From a virus (Duplodnaviria > Heunggongvirae > Uroviricota > Caudoviricetes), in IMG/VR virus record IMGVR_UViG_3300020048_000033, positions 85,156 through 143,203 of that record: a DNA stretch of 58,048 nucleotides; one strand, written 5' to 3'. Made by a program: the position numbers and the translations under genes. Of this stretch, positions 1 to 8,148 are shown piece by piece (the first letter of the stretch is position 1; each line of letters begins with the position of its first letter). Under the pieces are notes generated by a model, which was given only the letters and a program-made list of their open reading frames with translations, was not told where the DNA came from and made no database searches.

Positions 1-141
1 GGCACTAAACTTTTTTCCCCTACACATAAAAGAAGAAAACTCAAGGGATTCCCTAATTCTAAAAGCTTTAGATTCTAAAGCTTTTTTTGATTTGGTAATG
101 TCCTCTAATTCTTTTTTTTTGCTTGTATACCTTTTTTTCAT
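1..141 (-). CDS. possible ORF running off the left end (MKKRYTSKKKELEDITKSKK...), unknown
   Basis: Frame open from ATG at 141 to position 1; GGATGG just upstream; AACTAATT on the minus strand at 182-189. An 11-bp hairpin (61-85) lies inside it, which lowers confidence. Confidence 0.35.
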   Translation of the reverse strand, partial: MKKRYTSKKKELEDITKSKKALESKAFRIRESLEFSSFMCRGKKFSA

Positions 142-193
142 AGAGCCATCCTTTATATAAAAGAAGTTCCGGTGCCTATGAAATTAGTTAATT

Positions 194-203
194 TGTTAAT
201 ATA
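194..203 (+). promoter_or_regulatory. TGTTAATATA motif (candidate middle / extended -10 promoter)
   Basis: Same motif at 44471 and 45008, variant at 48780; mostly before replication genes. Confidence 0.5.
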
Positions 204-226
204 TCATTAAGTACTCGGAGGTTTTA

Positions 227-1111
227 ATGTTAAAAATAAAAAAAAGGGAAGTCACACTAAACGACTTTTTGAAAATGAAAAAGTTTAAGCCATGGTCAAC
301 TTGGCGACAGATGGGAAAAACTATTAATTTCAGTTTGTTGTTTGGTTGTTCTGCAATGACGTTTGCTTCAATGCTTGACCAAAATGGTTTTACCGTTGAA
401 GACGCTGATGAGCTTATTCTTGAAGCAAAGCTTGACTCTAAACTTAGAGAAAAGATGGATGACCCTAAGTGTTTCTCTAAAGGACCAAAGTTTTGTAAGT
501 TATTAGTTTGTTCTGAATTCATGAAGGACAATTTCTTTCAACTTTATAAAGGTCTTGAAACTAGATTGGAAAGGGAAGTTGAGTTTGCAAGGGAACATGG
601 TTACACCAGAGCTTGGAATGGTCCGATGCGACATGTACCTGAGTTTCTTCTGTTAAACTTTAGTGACCGTGGATTCTTAAGAGGGAATGATAAAGTATTA
701 TATTCCAAGATGGCTTCATCTATTAAGAACGTAGTAGGAAATACAACTATTCAGACATTGGAAGCGGCAATTGTATTCCCTGCAATTCATGAGATATGTT
801 CCTATATTAGAAATTGGAAACTTAAGAGTTTCATTTTTAATACAATACATGATTCTATTGACCTTTGTGTGTTTATTCCAGAAGAAGAACTTATTTTGTC
901 TCTTGTAAACCAGTGCATGACAAAGTTTAGATATTTTGACCATGGGGTTCCTATGGAAAGTGATGCGGATCTTGTAGACCTTATGGATATTGGTAATCAG
1001 TATTATAAACATGGTAAAGATGCAAAGCCTATTAATATAGATATTGCTCTTAAGAATTACAATGAGAAGAATGGAACAAACTTTGAATATGATATTAAAA
1101 AATACTTGTAA
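227..1111 (+). CDS. polA: family A DNA polymerase, C-terminal part (fingers/palm: motifs B and C)
   Basis: RQMGKTINFSLLFG (motif B), NTTIQTLEA, FNTIHDSID (motif C); GGAGG SD. Confidence 0.93.
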   Translation: MLKIKKREVTLNDFLKMKKFKPWSTWRQMGKTINFSLLFGCSAMTFASMLDQNGFTVEDADELILEAKLDSKLREKMDDPKCFSKGPKFCKLLVCSEFMKDNFFQLYKGLETRLEREVEFAREHGYTRAWNGPMRHVPEFLLLNFSDRGFLRGNDKVLYSKMASSIKNVVGNTTIQTLEAAIVFPAIHEICSYIRNWKLKSFIFNTIHDSIDLCVFIPEEELILSLVNQCMTKFRYFDHGVPMESDADLVDLMDIGNQYYKHGKDAKPINIDIALKNYNEKNGTNFEYDIKKYL

Positions 1112-1123
1112 CGGAGGTAGATA

Positions 1124-3247
1124 ATGGGTTTTTCATTTGGAGGAATTTCCTCAGATAAAAAAGCAAAAGACTTAGCAAGAACACAAATCAACCCTCTTAT
1201 TATTGATAACTTTGATGAGAAGATTGAAGACTATTATTTATTTGTTGTAGACCAAAACCCTACAGTAGATAAAATTATTTTGTTAAAAAAGAAAATAAAA
1301 GAAGCAGGTATCTCAAGTTATACAGTTGTTGTTGCAGTTAATGTAATATTCAGCTATGAAGTTGAGAAGTCTCTTACTCAGTTCTTTATTGCAAATGATT
1401 CTAAATGGGCAAAGACATATGTAAATAGAAAGATGTCCAATGGTGAAACAAAGAAAGCAAAATCTGTAATGGTTTTCGGTCCGGCAATGTACGGACTTAA
1501 CCGGTCGGCAGATATAATGGTGGATAATTTTTATGCTTCTGTTTCTGTAATGGATAGAAGTCATTACTATTCACCAGTTATTGAAACGAATGTTTTTCCA
1601 GTAGATCATTTGAGTTGGGTATTCCCACCTATCATGAATTCTCAAGATGGATTTGAAGTATACAAGACAAAGTTTCTCTATTGGCAGTTAAAGAAAATGC
1701 AACGCAAGGATGCTTGGATGCCTGATATGAGGGACATCAATATCCATGTTATTGAAACTGAAGAAGATGCAAACAAAGTATTTGAAGCCAATAGGGGTTC
1801 TGAAATAGTTGCATGGGACTTAGAAACCTCTGGGTTCGATTTTTTCCTAGACCAGATTGGATGTATCACCCTTTGCTTTAATGGCGTTGACGGATATTTT
1901 ATTCCTTGGAAAATAATTAACAAAAGACGTTTAGCAATATGCTTGATGAGTTGTAAACATCGTGTAGGTGCAAACTTAAAGTTCGATACCAAGTTTATTT
2001 GGAATGAGGATGTACATGGACCTACCGTTACCGATGGTACCGATATTCTTTCTCATGCAATCCATTCTGATAGATTCAAAGGACTAAAACCTTTGGCATT
2101 TTTCTATACCATTTTTGGTGGATATGATGATGAACTTGAAGTTTTTAGAAAGCAAACAGGTGTCAAGAATTATATCAAGATTCCTGTAAATATCCTAAGT
2201 CAGTATGCAACAAAAGATGCAATAGTAACCTATCGAGCATTTATTGCACTCCTTGAACATGTACGTGAAATTGATAAACGTTTTCCAAATGAGAAACTTC
2301 CTGATTGGTCAATCGAGAGATTCTATAAAGAGATTATGATGCCAGTGTATCATGACTTTTGTGAGATTGAGTTCCGTGGAACTTTCATGAATAAGGAAAT
2401 ACTTGAGAGTAATAAGAAAGACCTTGAAGCAAAAAAGGTTATTGCAGAACAAGAACTTAGAGAAATATGGGGTGTAGATAAAAACTTTAATGTCTATTCT
2501 ACTACTGATGTTGGTAGATTGTTTATGAAGTTTGGTTGGGAAATCCCTCCTGAAATAAACAAGAAAGGCGATTATAGTACTTCTGATGCAAACCTTATTT
2601 TCTGGGAACAGCTTGGAAAGCCGGGAATCCGAAAACTTAAAGAATTAAGAAGTTTGGATACTATGCTTAATATGTTCTTGGGAAGCATTGATAAAAATGG
2701 GGAGCCTACTGGTTGGAGCAAGTTTATCCGACAGCATAAAGATGGTACGTATAGAATGCATCCAAACTTTATTGTAATGGGTACGTCAACTTTCAGATGT
2801 ATTTGTAAAGACCCTAATCTTCAACAATTTCCATCAGGAAGCTCTTTAGCAAAATATGCAAAACAGTGTATTGGTACACCAGATAATAGTTTGTATAAGA
2901 TTGTAACTTTTGACTACTCTGCATTACAGACGAGATTAGCAGCAAGAGATACCGTACTTAACCCTCAAGGGGTTGACCCAAGACTTTATGAGTTGTATAA
3001 AAAAGATTCTAAACTTGGTGGGGATCTTCACTCATCTACTGCATGTGCTACGTTCTGTGAACCAATGCATCGTGAACTTTTGGAGATAACTGATGAGAAT
3101 GGAAAAGTTTGGTTGCTAGGTTTTACTCAAAAGGTAAAAATAAAAGATAGGGATAATAGAGTAGATCCTGAAGGTATCTCTTTGACACAGATAATTACAG
3201 GCGAAGAATTAGTGGAAACCGATGTAATTCTAGATTATGTGTTTTAG
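1124..3247 (+). CDS. polA: family A DNA polymerase, N-terminal part (UDG-like domain, 3'-5' exonuclease, thumb, motif A)
   Basis: AWDLETSG (ExoI), GANLKFD (ExoII), YATKDA (ExoIII), GTSTFR..KDPNLQQFP, FDYSALQTRLAA (motif A), DLHSSTA; motifs B and C are absent; GGAGG SD. Confidence 0.93.
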   Translation: MGFSFGGISSDKKAKDLARTQINPLIIDNFDEKIEDYYLFVVDQNPTVDKIILLKKKIKEAGISSYTVVVAVNVIFSYEVEKSLTQFFIANDSKWAKTYVNRKMSNGETKKAKSVMVFGPAMYGLNRSADIMVDNFYASVSVMDRSHYYSPVIETNVFPVDHLSWVFPPIMNSQDGFEVYKTKFLYWQLKKMQRKDAWMPDMRDINIHVIETEEDANKVFEANRGSEIVAWDLETSGFDFFLDQIGCITLCFNGVDGYFIPWKIINKRRLAICLMSCKHRVGANLKFDTKFIWNEDVHGPTVTDGTDILSHAIHSDRFKGLKPLAFFYTIFGGYDDELEVFRKQTGVKNYIKIPVNILSQYATKDAIVTYRAFIALLEHVREIDKRFPNEKLPDWSIERFYKEIMMPVYHDFCEIEFRGTFMNKEILESNKKDLEAKKVIAEQELREIWGVDKNFNVYSTTDVGRLFMKFGWEIPPEINKKGDYSTSDANLIFWEQLGKPGIRKLKELRSLDTMLNMFLGSIDKNGEPTGWSKFIRQHKDGTYRMHPNFIVMGTSTFRCICKDPNLQQFPSGSSLAKYAKQCIGTPDNSLYKIVTFDYSALQTRLAARDTVLNPQGVDPRLYELYKKDSKLGGDLHSSTACATFCEPMHRELLEITDENGKVWLLGFTQKVKIKDRDNRVDPEGISLTQIITGEELVETDVILDYVF

Positions 3248-3273
3248 GAACTAATTAAACTGTTTAAGGACAT

Positions 3274-3313
3274 CTGGCTACTAACCAGTTGCGAGAACAT
3301 AAGACACTCTCGC
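3274..3313 (+). other. two adjacent stem-loops in the leader of the endonuclease gene
   Basis: CTGG-7nt-CCAG (3274-3288) and GCGAGA-11nt-TCTCGC (3291-3313). Confidence 0.45.
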
Positions 3314-3363
3314 TAACTTATACTTTTTAAGTATTTCTACCCTGAATTATAAAAGAAAATAGT

Positions 3364-5118
3364 ATGAAAGTAACTACCCAAAACTTAAATGATGATATGT
3401 ATTTTAAGATTGATGAAAAAATATTAATTGAGATTAAAGAGAAACGAATCAGGGTTCCAAAGAATAAACAAATGTTTTATCAATGTGATATTTGTGGAGG
3501 TTTATCTATCCTTCATAAAGTTACCTTTTACAGAAAATTAAAAAAAGAAGTCTTTTTAATATGTGTAGACTGTGAGACTGCTAAAACTCGTGAAATAAGA
3601 AATTCTTCCTCAGTTTCCTTGGAGAAATCACGTAAGACCTGTTTTGAAAAATATGGTGTAGACAATCCCGCTAAAGTTGAAAAGTTTAAGACAAAGATGA
3701 AAGATACTTGTATTGAAAAATATGGAGTAGATTGCTCATTAAACTCTGAGGAATCTATATTAAAATCTAAAAAAACCTGCTTAGAGAAGTATGGTGTTGA
3801 ATACTCTTTTCAATCAGAAAATAACAGACTTAAATCCAAAGAAACTTTGATTCAAAGATATGGAGTTGATAACATTGGAAAAGATAAAAGTAGAGTTATT
3901 GAAAAGGAATATCGTAGAAAAATAACTTGTCTTGAAAAATACGGAGTAGACAACGTTATCAAGTCGGAGAAGGTTAGAGACAACTACAAGATAACCTGTT
4001 TAAAAAAATTAGGAGCAACAACCCCCTTTAGTAAAGGGTCAGTCTCAAGAGACGCATTAGATGTAAAAACAAGAGCTACGTCCTTTAAGCACCTTATTAA
4101 AAAAGCATCAGAGAGTGGATTCTCTCTAGTAGAAATAAATGAAGAAGGATTTTATATAAAATTACATTGTAATAAATGTAAGAAGACTTGGAAATGGTCT
4201 TTAAAGCCCTCCCTAGATCCAGAAGTTATTGTTTCATTACTTCCATATTGTGGTGAATACTCAAATAGAGTTTCTAAAGGGGAAAAAGAAATTGTAGATT
4301 TCATAAAATCATTTTATCTTGGGGATATTGTAGAAAACACCCGAAGAATAATTTGCCCTAAAGAACTTGATATCTTCCTTCCTGAAAAAAAGATTGCTAT
4401 TGAATATGATGGAATATATTGGCATTCTGGGGAAAAAGGGAGAGATGCAAGAATACTTAAACAAGTTCTTTGTAAGAACAAAGATATTAAGCTTTTAAGC
4501 ATTTTTGAAAATGAATGGAAAGAGAATAGAAGCTTTGTTGAGAGAAGTTTAATTAACTTATTAGGAACAAAAGAGGAAGAAAGGAATTCTGGTAATTGGG
4601 AAATAGGTATAATAAACAAATCAACTTATGAGTATTTTTGTATAGAGTATGGATATAAGGAATATAGGGAGTGCTCAGTAATAATAGGAATCTTTTGTAG
4701 TGACATTTTAATACAAGCTATAGGCTTTAATAAAATTAAAGGTGAAAATAGTTTTGAGATGATGTCAGAATGTTCTAAAATAGGGGTTCACCTTAAAGAT
4801 AGTGAAAAACTTATTATACAATATTTTGAAAGTTTAGTATCTCCAAAGACTATAATTACTTATTGTGATTCTATATTAGATAATGTAGATGTTTTACAAT
4901 CTTTAGGGTTTGTGAAAGATATTAATAAGTTACCTTGCCCTTATAAATATTATAAGAGAGGAAGTACTCATTTAATAGATCCTAACAGCAAAGAGTTTAA
5001 ACAAATTGTCTCAAGTATTTTAATTGATGAAAATTTAAATGAACAAGAAAATATGGAAAATAACAAATATTATAGATTCTATGGAAGGGAACAATCCCTA
5101 TTTATTAAGAACTTGTAG
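3364..5118 (+). CDS. putative free-standing homing endonuclease (Zn ribbon, TCxEKYGV repeats, Vsr/DUF559-like nuclease, degenerate Hef-like C-terminus)
   Basis: CDIC..CVDC; six KTCLEKYGV-type repeats; ELDIFLPEKKIAIEYDGIYWHS. Confidence 0.75.
   Translation: MKVTTQNLNDDMYFKIDEKILIEIKEKRIRVPKNKQMFYQCDICGGLSILHKVTFYRKLKKEVFLICVDCETAKTREIRNSSSVSLEKSRKTCFEKYGVDNPAKVEKFKTKMKDTCIEKYGVDCSLNSEESILKSKKTCLEKYGVEYSFQSENNRLKSKETLIQRYGVDNIGKDKSRVIEKEYRRKITCLEKYGVDNVIKSEKVRDNYKITCLKKLGATTPFSKGSVSRDALDVKTRATSFKHLIKKASESGFSLVEINEEGFYIKLHCNKCKKTWKWSLKPSLDPEVIVSLLPYCGEYSNRVSKGEKEIVDFIKSFYLGDIVENTRRIICPKELDIFLPEKKIAIEYDGIYWHSGEKGRDARILKQVLCKNKDIKLLSIFENEWKENRSFVERSLINLLGTKEEERNSGNWEIGIINKSTYEYFCIEYGYKEYRECSVIIGIFCSDILIQAIGFNKIKGENSFEMMSECSKIGVHLKDSEKLIIQYFESLVSPKTIITYCDSILDNVDVLQSLGFVKDINKLPCPYKYYKRGSTHLIDPNSKEFKQIVSSILIDENLNEQENMENNKYYRFYGREQSLFIKNL
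3634..4026 (+). repeat. six degenerate (K/I)TCxEKYGV protein repeats
   Basis: KTCFEKYGVDNP, DTCIEKYGVDCS, KTCLEKYGVEYS, ETLIQRYGVDNI, ITCLEKYGVDNV, ITCLKKLGATTP. Confidence 0.85.
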
Positions 5119-5148
5119 AAGCCACCCGTTAGGAGTGGTTTCTTTTTT
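5117..5148 (+). terminator. intrinsic terminator
   Basis: AGAAGCCAC/GTGGTTTCT stem followed by a T-run. Confidence 0.7.
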
Positions 5149-5197
5149 AGCTTGAAATAAATACGAGAACTAATTGATAATACGACTTGGAGAAAAC

Positions 5198-6778
5198 ATG
5201 AAATTACAAGAAATGATAACCCCTGAATATGTAGAATCTTTACGTAAGGATATATTAGTCTTCTTAAAAAACATAAAGAGAATAAAAAATACAGAGCAGT
5301 TTAAGCAATTAAATATAGAATGGATTAAGTATCTTAAAGGTTACTTTAATGATAAAATGGGTAAAAATGTTTTTAGTCAGGGAACAGTTTTTGCTTCCGA
5401 CGAGTCTCTATTCCAGAAGTCATATATTGAGTTTTATGACTATTTGAAATATGCACTTGTACCCTCTAAACTGGAAGCTAAAAGAATGGGAGCAGGTTAT
5501 CGAGGATTAAGCTCTGATTTTGGAGAGGACTTAATAATGAGTCTAACTGAGAAACTTCCTCGTAATCATTACTTTTTTGAAAAATTAATTTATGGAATAG
5601 ATGACGCATGGGACGAAGCTTTTATAATGTTTGAGAAGAACTCTGATTCCAAGTATGGGTCAGTTAAAAAAAAGATTGATGACTTTTTTAATAGATTACA
5701 ATATATGGTATCAAATGTAGTTCTTAAACAATTCTTAATAACAGACCAGATTACCATTGAAGGTATCCAAGTAGATATCGAGTATAGTGAAACTGAGACC
5801 TCAAAAGGGACGGAGTTTGAGCTTATAAAAAATACTGTTAGTGATATTGGAAAAGCTGTAAAATATATACGAGATGCTTCCTTAGGCAAGGCACTTAATA
5901 GGGCTAATATCAAGTTAAGTACGGTAGATATTTCTGCGAATAGGTCAAATATAAAAAACGGGACAGATTATGGGACTGGTGGATTTTATAAAATAGCTAA
6001 TGGAAATATAGAAATCTTTCGTGGAAGAATAAATGATGTAAGTGAGTTTGGAGTAATAGAGAGTATCATACATGAGTTAGGGCATAAATATTATTATGAG
6101 GTATTAAACAGTGACCAAAGGTTTGACTGGATAAAGCTGTATGGGGAATTAAAGGAGCCAAGCCCTTTAATGATGATTAAATATTATGTGAGTAGCCTTA
6201 AGTTCTATTTAGATAAAGAACTTGAGGAATTGGAAGATTTTCAACAAAATTATTCACTTAACACAGATGAAGACCTACAGAAATATGCTAGATTCCTTAG
6301 TGTAGAAGTATATTTGGCTCATTTAAAAGAATACTATAATAAACATTTAAGAGAAGCGTTTGGATTTAGTTTTGACATTCTTTCTGATAGTGCTTCCACA
6401 GAGGAAGATAAATTGAAGATTCTTCCTAAGTTTAAGTCTTTAAGCCAAAATCAATTTGCTTTATTTTCAGCAAGACTATTAAAATTATTAAACTTTGAGA
6501 CTGAGAGAATGGGGAATGAGCAAGTAAAGTTTTTCCCAACAAAATATGGTTCTGAGAATGAGTCTGAGTTTTGGGCAGAAACCTTTACGGGGTATTGTTT
6601 ATATAACACAAGTTATGGAAGAAATACCTACAAACTTATAGATTCAGTATTGGAAAAGTTTATCGAAATTACTGGGGTTAAGAGTGCAGTACAAGAAAGA
6701 AAAGTTATGCTTTTTCATATGAAAAGATTTAGAGAAGAGCTAAGAAATGAAAGACTAATTAAGAAAGAAGGGAAGTAA
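5198..6778 (+). CDS. zincin-like (HEXXH) metallopeptidase-domain protein, possible virion head protein
   Basis: IIHELGHKYY and downstream SEFWAETF; ATG 5198 with GGAG SD preferred over the track's TTG 5174. Confidence 0.7.
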   Translation: MKLQEMITPEYVESLRKDILVFLKNIKRIKNTEQFKQLNIEWIKYLKGYFNDKMGKNVFSQGTVFASDESLFQKSYIEFYDYLKYALVPSKLEAKRMGAGYRGLSSDFGEDLIMSLTEKLPRNHYFFEKLIYGIDDAWDEAFIMFEKNSDSKYGSVKKKIDDFFNRLQYMVSNVVLKQFLITDQITIEGIQVDIEYSETETSKGTEFELIKNTVSDIGKAVKYIRDASLGKALNRANIKLSTVDISANRSNIKNGTDYGTGGFYKIANGNIEIFRGRINDVSEFGVIESIIHELGHKYYYEVLNSDQRFDWIKLYGELKEPSPLMMIKYYVSSLKFYLDKELEELEDFQQNYSLNTDEDLQKYARFLSVEVYLAHLKEYYNKHLREAFGFSFDILSDSASTEEDKLKILPKFKSLSQNQFALFSARLLKLLNFETERMGNEQVKFFPTKYGSENESEFWAETFTGYCLYNTSYGRNTYKLIDSVLEKFIEITGVKSAVQERKVMLFHMKRFREELRNERLIKKEGK

Positions 6779-6780
6779 AC

Positions 6781-7335
6781 ATGGACGAAGTAGAAATATA
6801 TACACCTGAAGACGGAGAAAAGTTTAACACCTTGAAAAGTTTAGCATCTGTAGCAATACTTTTTACCAATGACCTTAAGCACATGCATGTACATTGTGTA
6901 GGTGAAAAGTTTAAGGAAATGCATGAACTTTTGAATGAATATTATGATGAAGTAAGTGATGAAGCAGATTTTTTTTCTGAGCAAGCAATTATAGCAAACG
7001 AGGGAGTAACTAATCCAACTTTTGCTTTATCAAACATTGTTTTTCCTTGGGAACCTGAGACCCGTGAACTATATGAATACACGGATTATTTGGAAGCTCT
7101 TTGGACAAAGGGTATGCTATATATAGAGATGTTGGAAGGGTTAAATGAAGGATATGGAAGGGTAGTTGACTCTGAAATAGATGATTACTTAAAGTTTTGG
7201 TGTACTGAAATTGAATATAAACTGGCTTCTCAAAATGTGACTGCTCTACAGCCCTTTGATGAAGAAGCAAATGTAGAGCCTGAAGAAACTTCGATGTTAG
7301 GGATGTTTTCTGAAAATTACAAAAGGAAGAGATAA
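6781..7335 (+). CDS. dps: Dps/ferritin-like four-helix protein
   Basis: HMHVHCVGEKFKEMHELLNEYYDEVSDEADFFSE follows the Dps pattern HW.V.G..F...H..FEE.Y......D..AE. Confidence 0.7.
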   Translation: MDEVEIYTPEDGEKFNTLKSLASVAILFTNDLKHMHVHCVGEKFKEMHELLNEYYDEVSDEADFFSEQAIIANEGVTNPTFALSNIVFPWEPETRELYEYTDYLEALWTKGMLYIEMLEGLNEGYGRVVDSEIDDYLKFWCTEIEYKLASQNVTALQPFDEEANVEPEETSMLGMFSENYKRKR

Positions 7336-7793
7336 TGACTTTTAATGATTTAAGATTAAAGTCATCTTCTTTGCAACATAGAGAAGAAACGAGAAAGACT
7401 ACCCAATCTCAAGCAATAAACTTATTGTATAAAAAAGCTATAGAGATGGATAGAGATAATAAGGAAAAATTATCTAATGATATAATAATCTCAAAATCTG
7501 CCGAAATTCTTTATTCTGATGATATGTTATATATTAAAGCTTTAAGTAATATGGCAGGAATTGGTTCAAGTTTAATAGATAATGCAAGAATTCGTTGTTC
7601 TACTTACCTCAAGTATATTACAGAAAAGTATGATTTTAATCAAACAATGACAAGTATTGAGCCGTTATTTACTGAGGATTTGACATTTGACGAGTTATTA
7701 ATCCTTGTTAAACAGAAGGGTTTTTATCTACATATAAGTGATTCTACTTTAAAAGATGTGTATGAAATGCTAATAGCTAAATTGTTGGTGTGA
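7335..7793 (+). CDS. hypothetical protein
   Basis: 152-aa ORF translationally coupled to the previous gene. Confidence 0.75.
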   Translation: MTFNDLRLKSSSLQHREETRKTTQSQAINLLYKKAIEMDRDNKEKLSNDIIISKSAEILYSDDMLYIKALSNMAGIGSSLIDNARIRCSTYLKYITEKYDFNQTMTSIEPLFTEDLTFDELLILVKQKGFYLHISDSTLKDVYEMLIAKLLV

Positions 7794-7810
7794 AAAGGAG
7801 ATAGGAAGTT

Positions 7811-8095
7811 ATGTTAGAGAATGTAGAAACGTATTTAAGCAATACAAGAAATCTTGCTACTGCATTATTAGCTCTTTCCGAACCTAAAAATGAGGATTAT
7901 GCAGGGTTAGAAAGGTCTTTAGAGGCTCTATGTTTGAAAGTTCTTATTGGAACTAGCGAGTATTTTCTAATAAATGCCATTATAAACAATATAACCATGA
8001 ATAGACACTTTCTCTGTGAATTGTCGAACATTGAGGATAAACCAAGTTTTCGTAAGTTATGTAAGAAATCTCTAAATTTTTCTCTTTTTTCTTAA
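7811..8095 (+). CDS. hypothetical protein
   Basis: 94-aa ORF with a purine-rich SD region. Confidence 0.7.
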   Translation: MLENVETYLSNTRNLATALLALSEPKNEDYAGLERSLEALCLKVLIGTSEYFLINAIINNITMNRHFLCELSNIEDKPSFRKLCKKSLNFSLFS

Positions 8096-8148
8096 CAATT
8101 TCCAAAATCTATGATATACTCTTACTAACTATATATTAAAAGCTTTAG

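Noticed and set aside
61-87. Terminator-like hairpin AAAAGCTTTAG-ATT-CTAAAGCTTTT
   Set aside because: Very AT-rich stem, inside a possible ORF, and upstream context is missing.
227-330. Active split intein ligating the polymerase halves
   Set aside because: The C-half has no block F/G or His-Asn/nucleophile junction and the N-half tail lacks block A and TxxH; kept only as a remnant hypothesis.
3245-3316. TAG readthrough or recoded genetic code extending polA
   Set aside because: The frame ends at TAA 22 codons later with no polymerase motifs; TAG and TGA act as normal stops elsewhere.
3248-5197. Group I intron carrying the endonuclease within polA
   Set aside because: No downstream polA exon, flanks are too short for an intron core, and a terminator follows the ORF.
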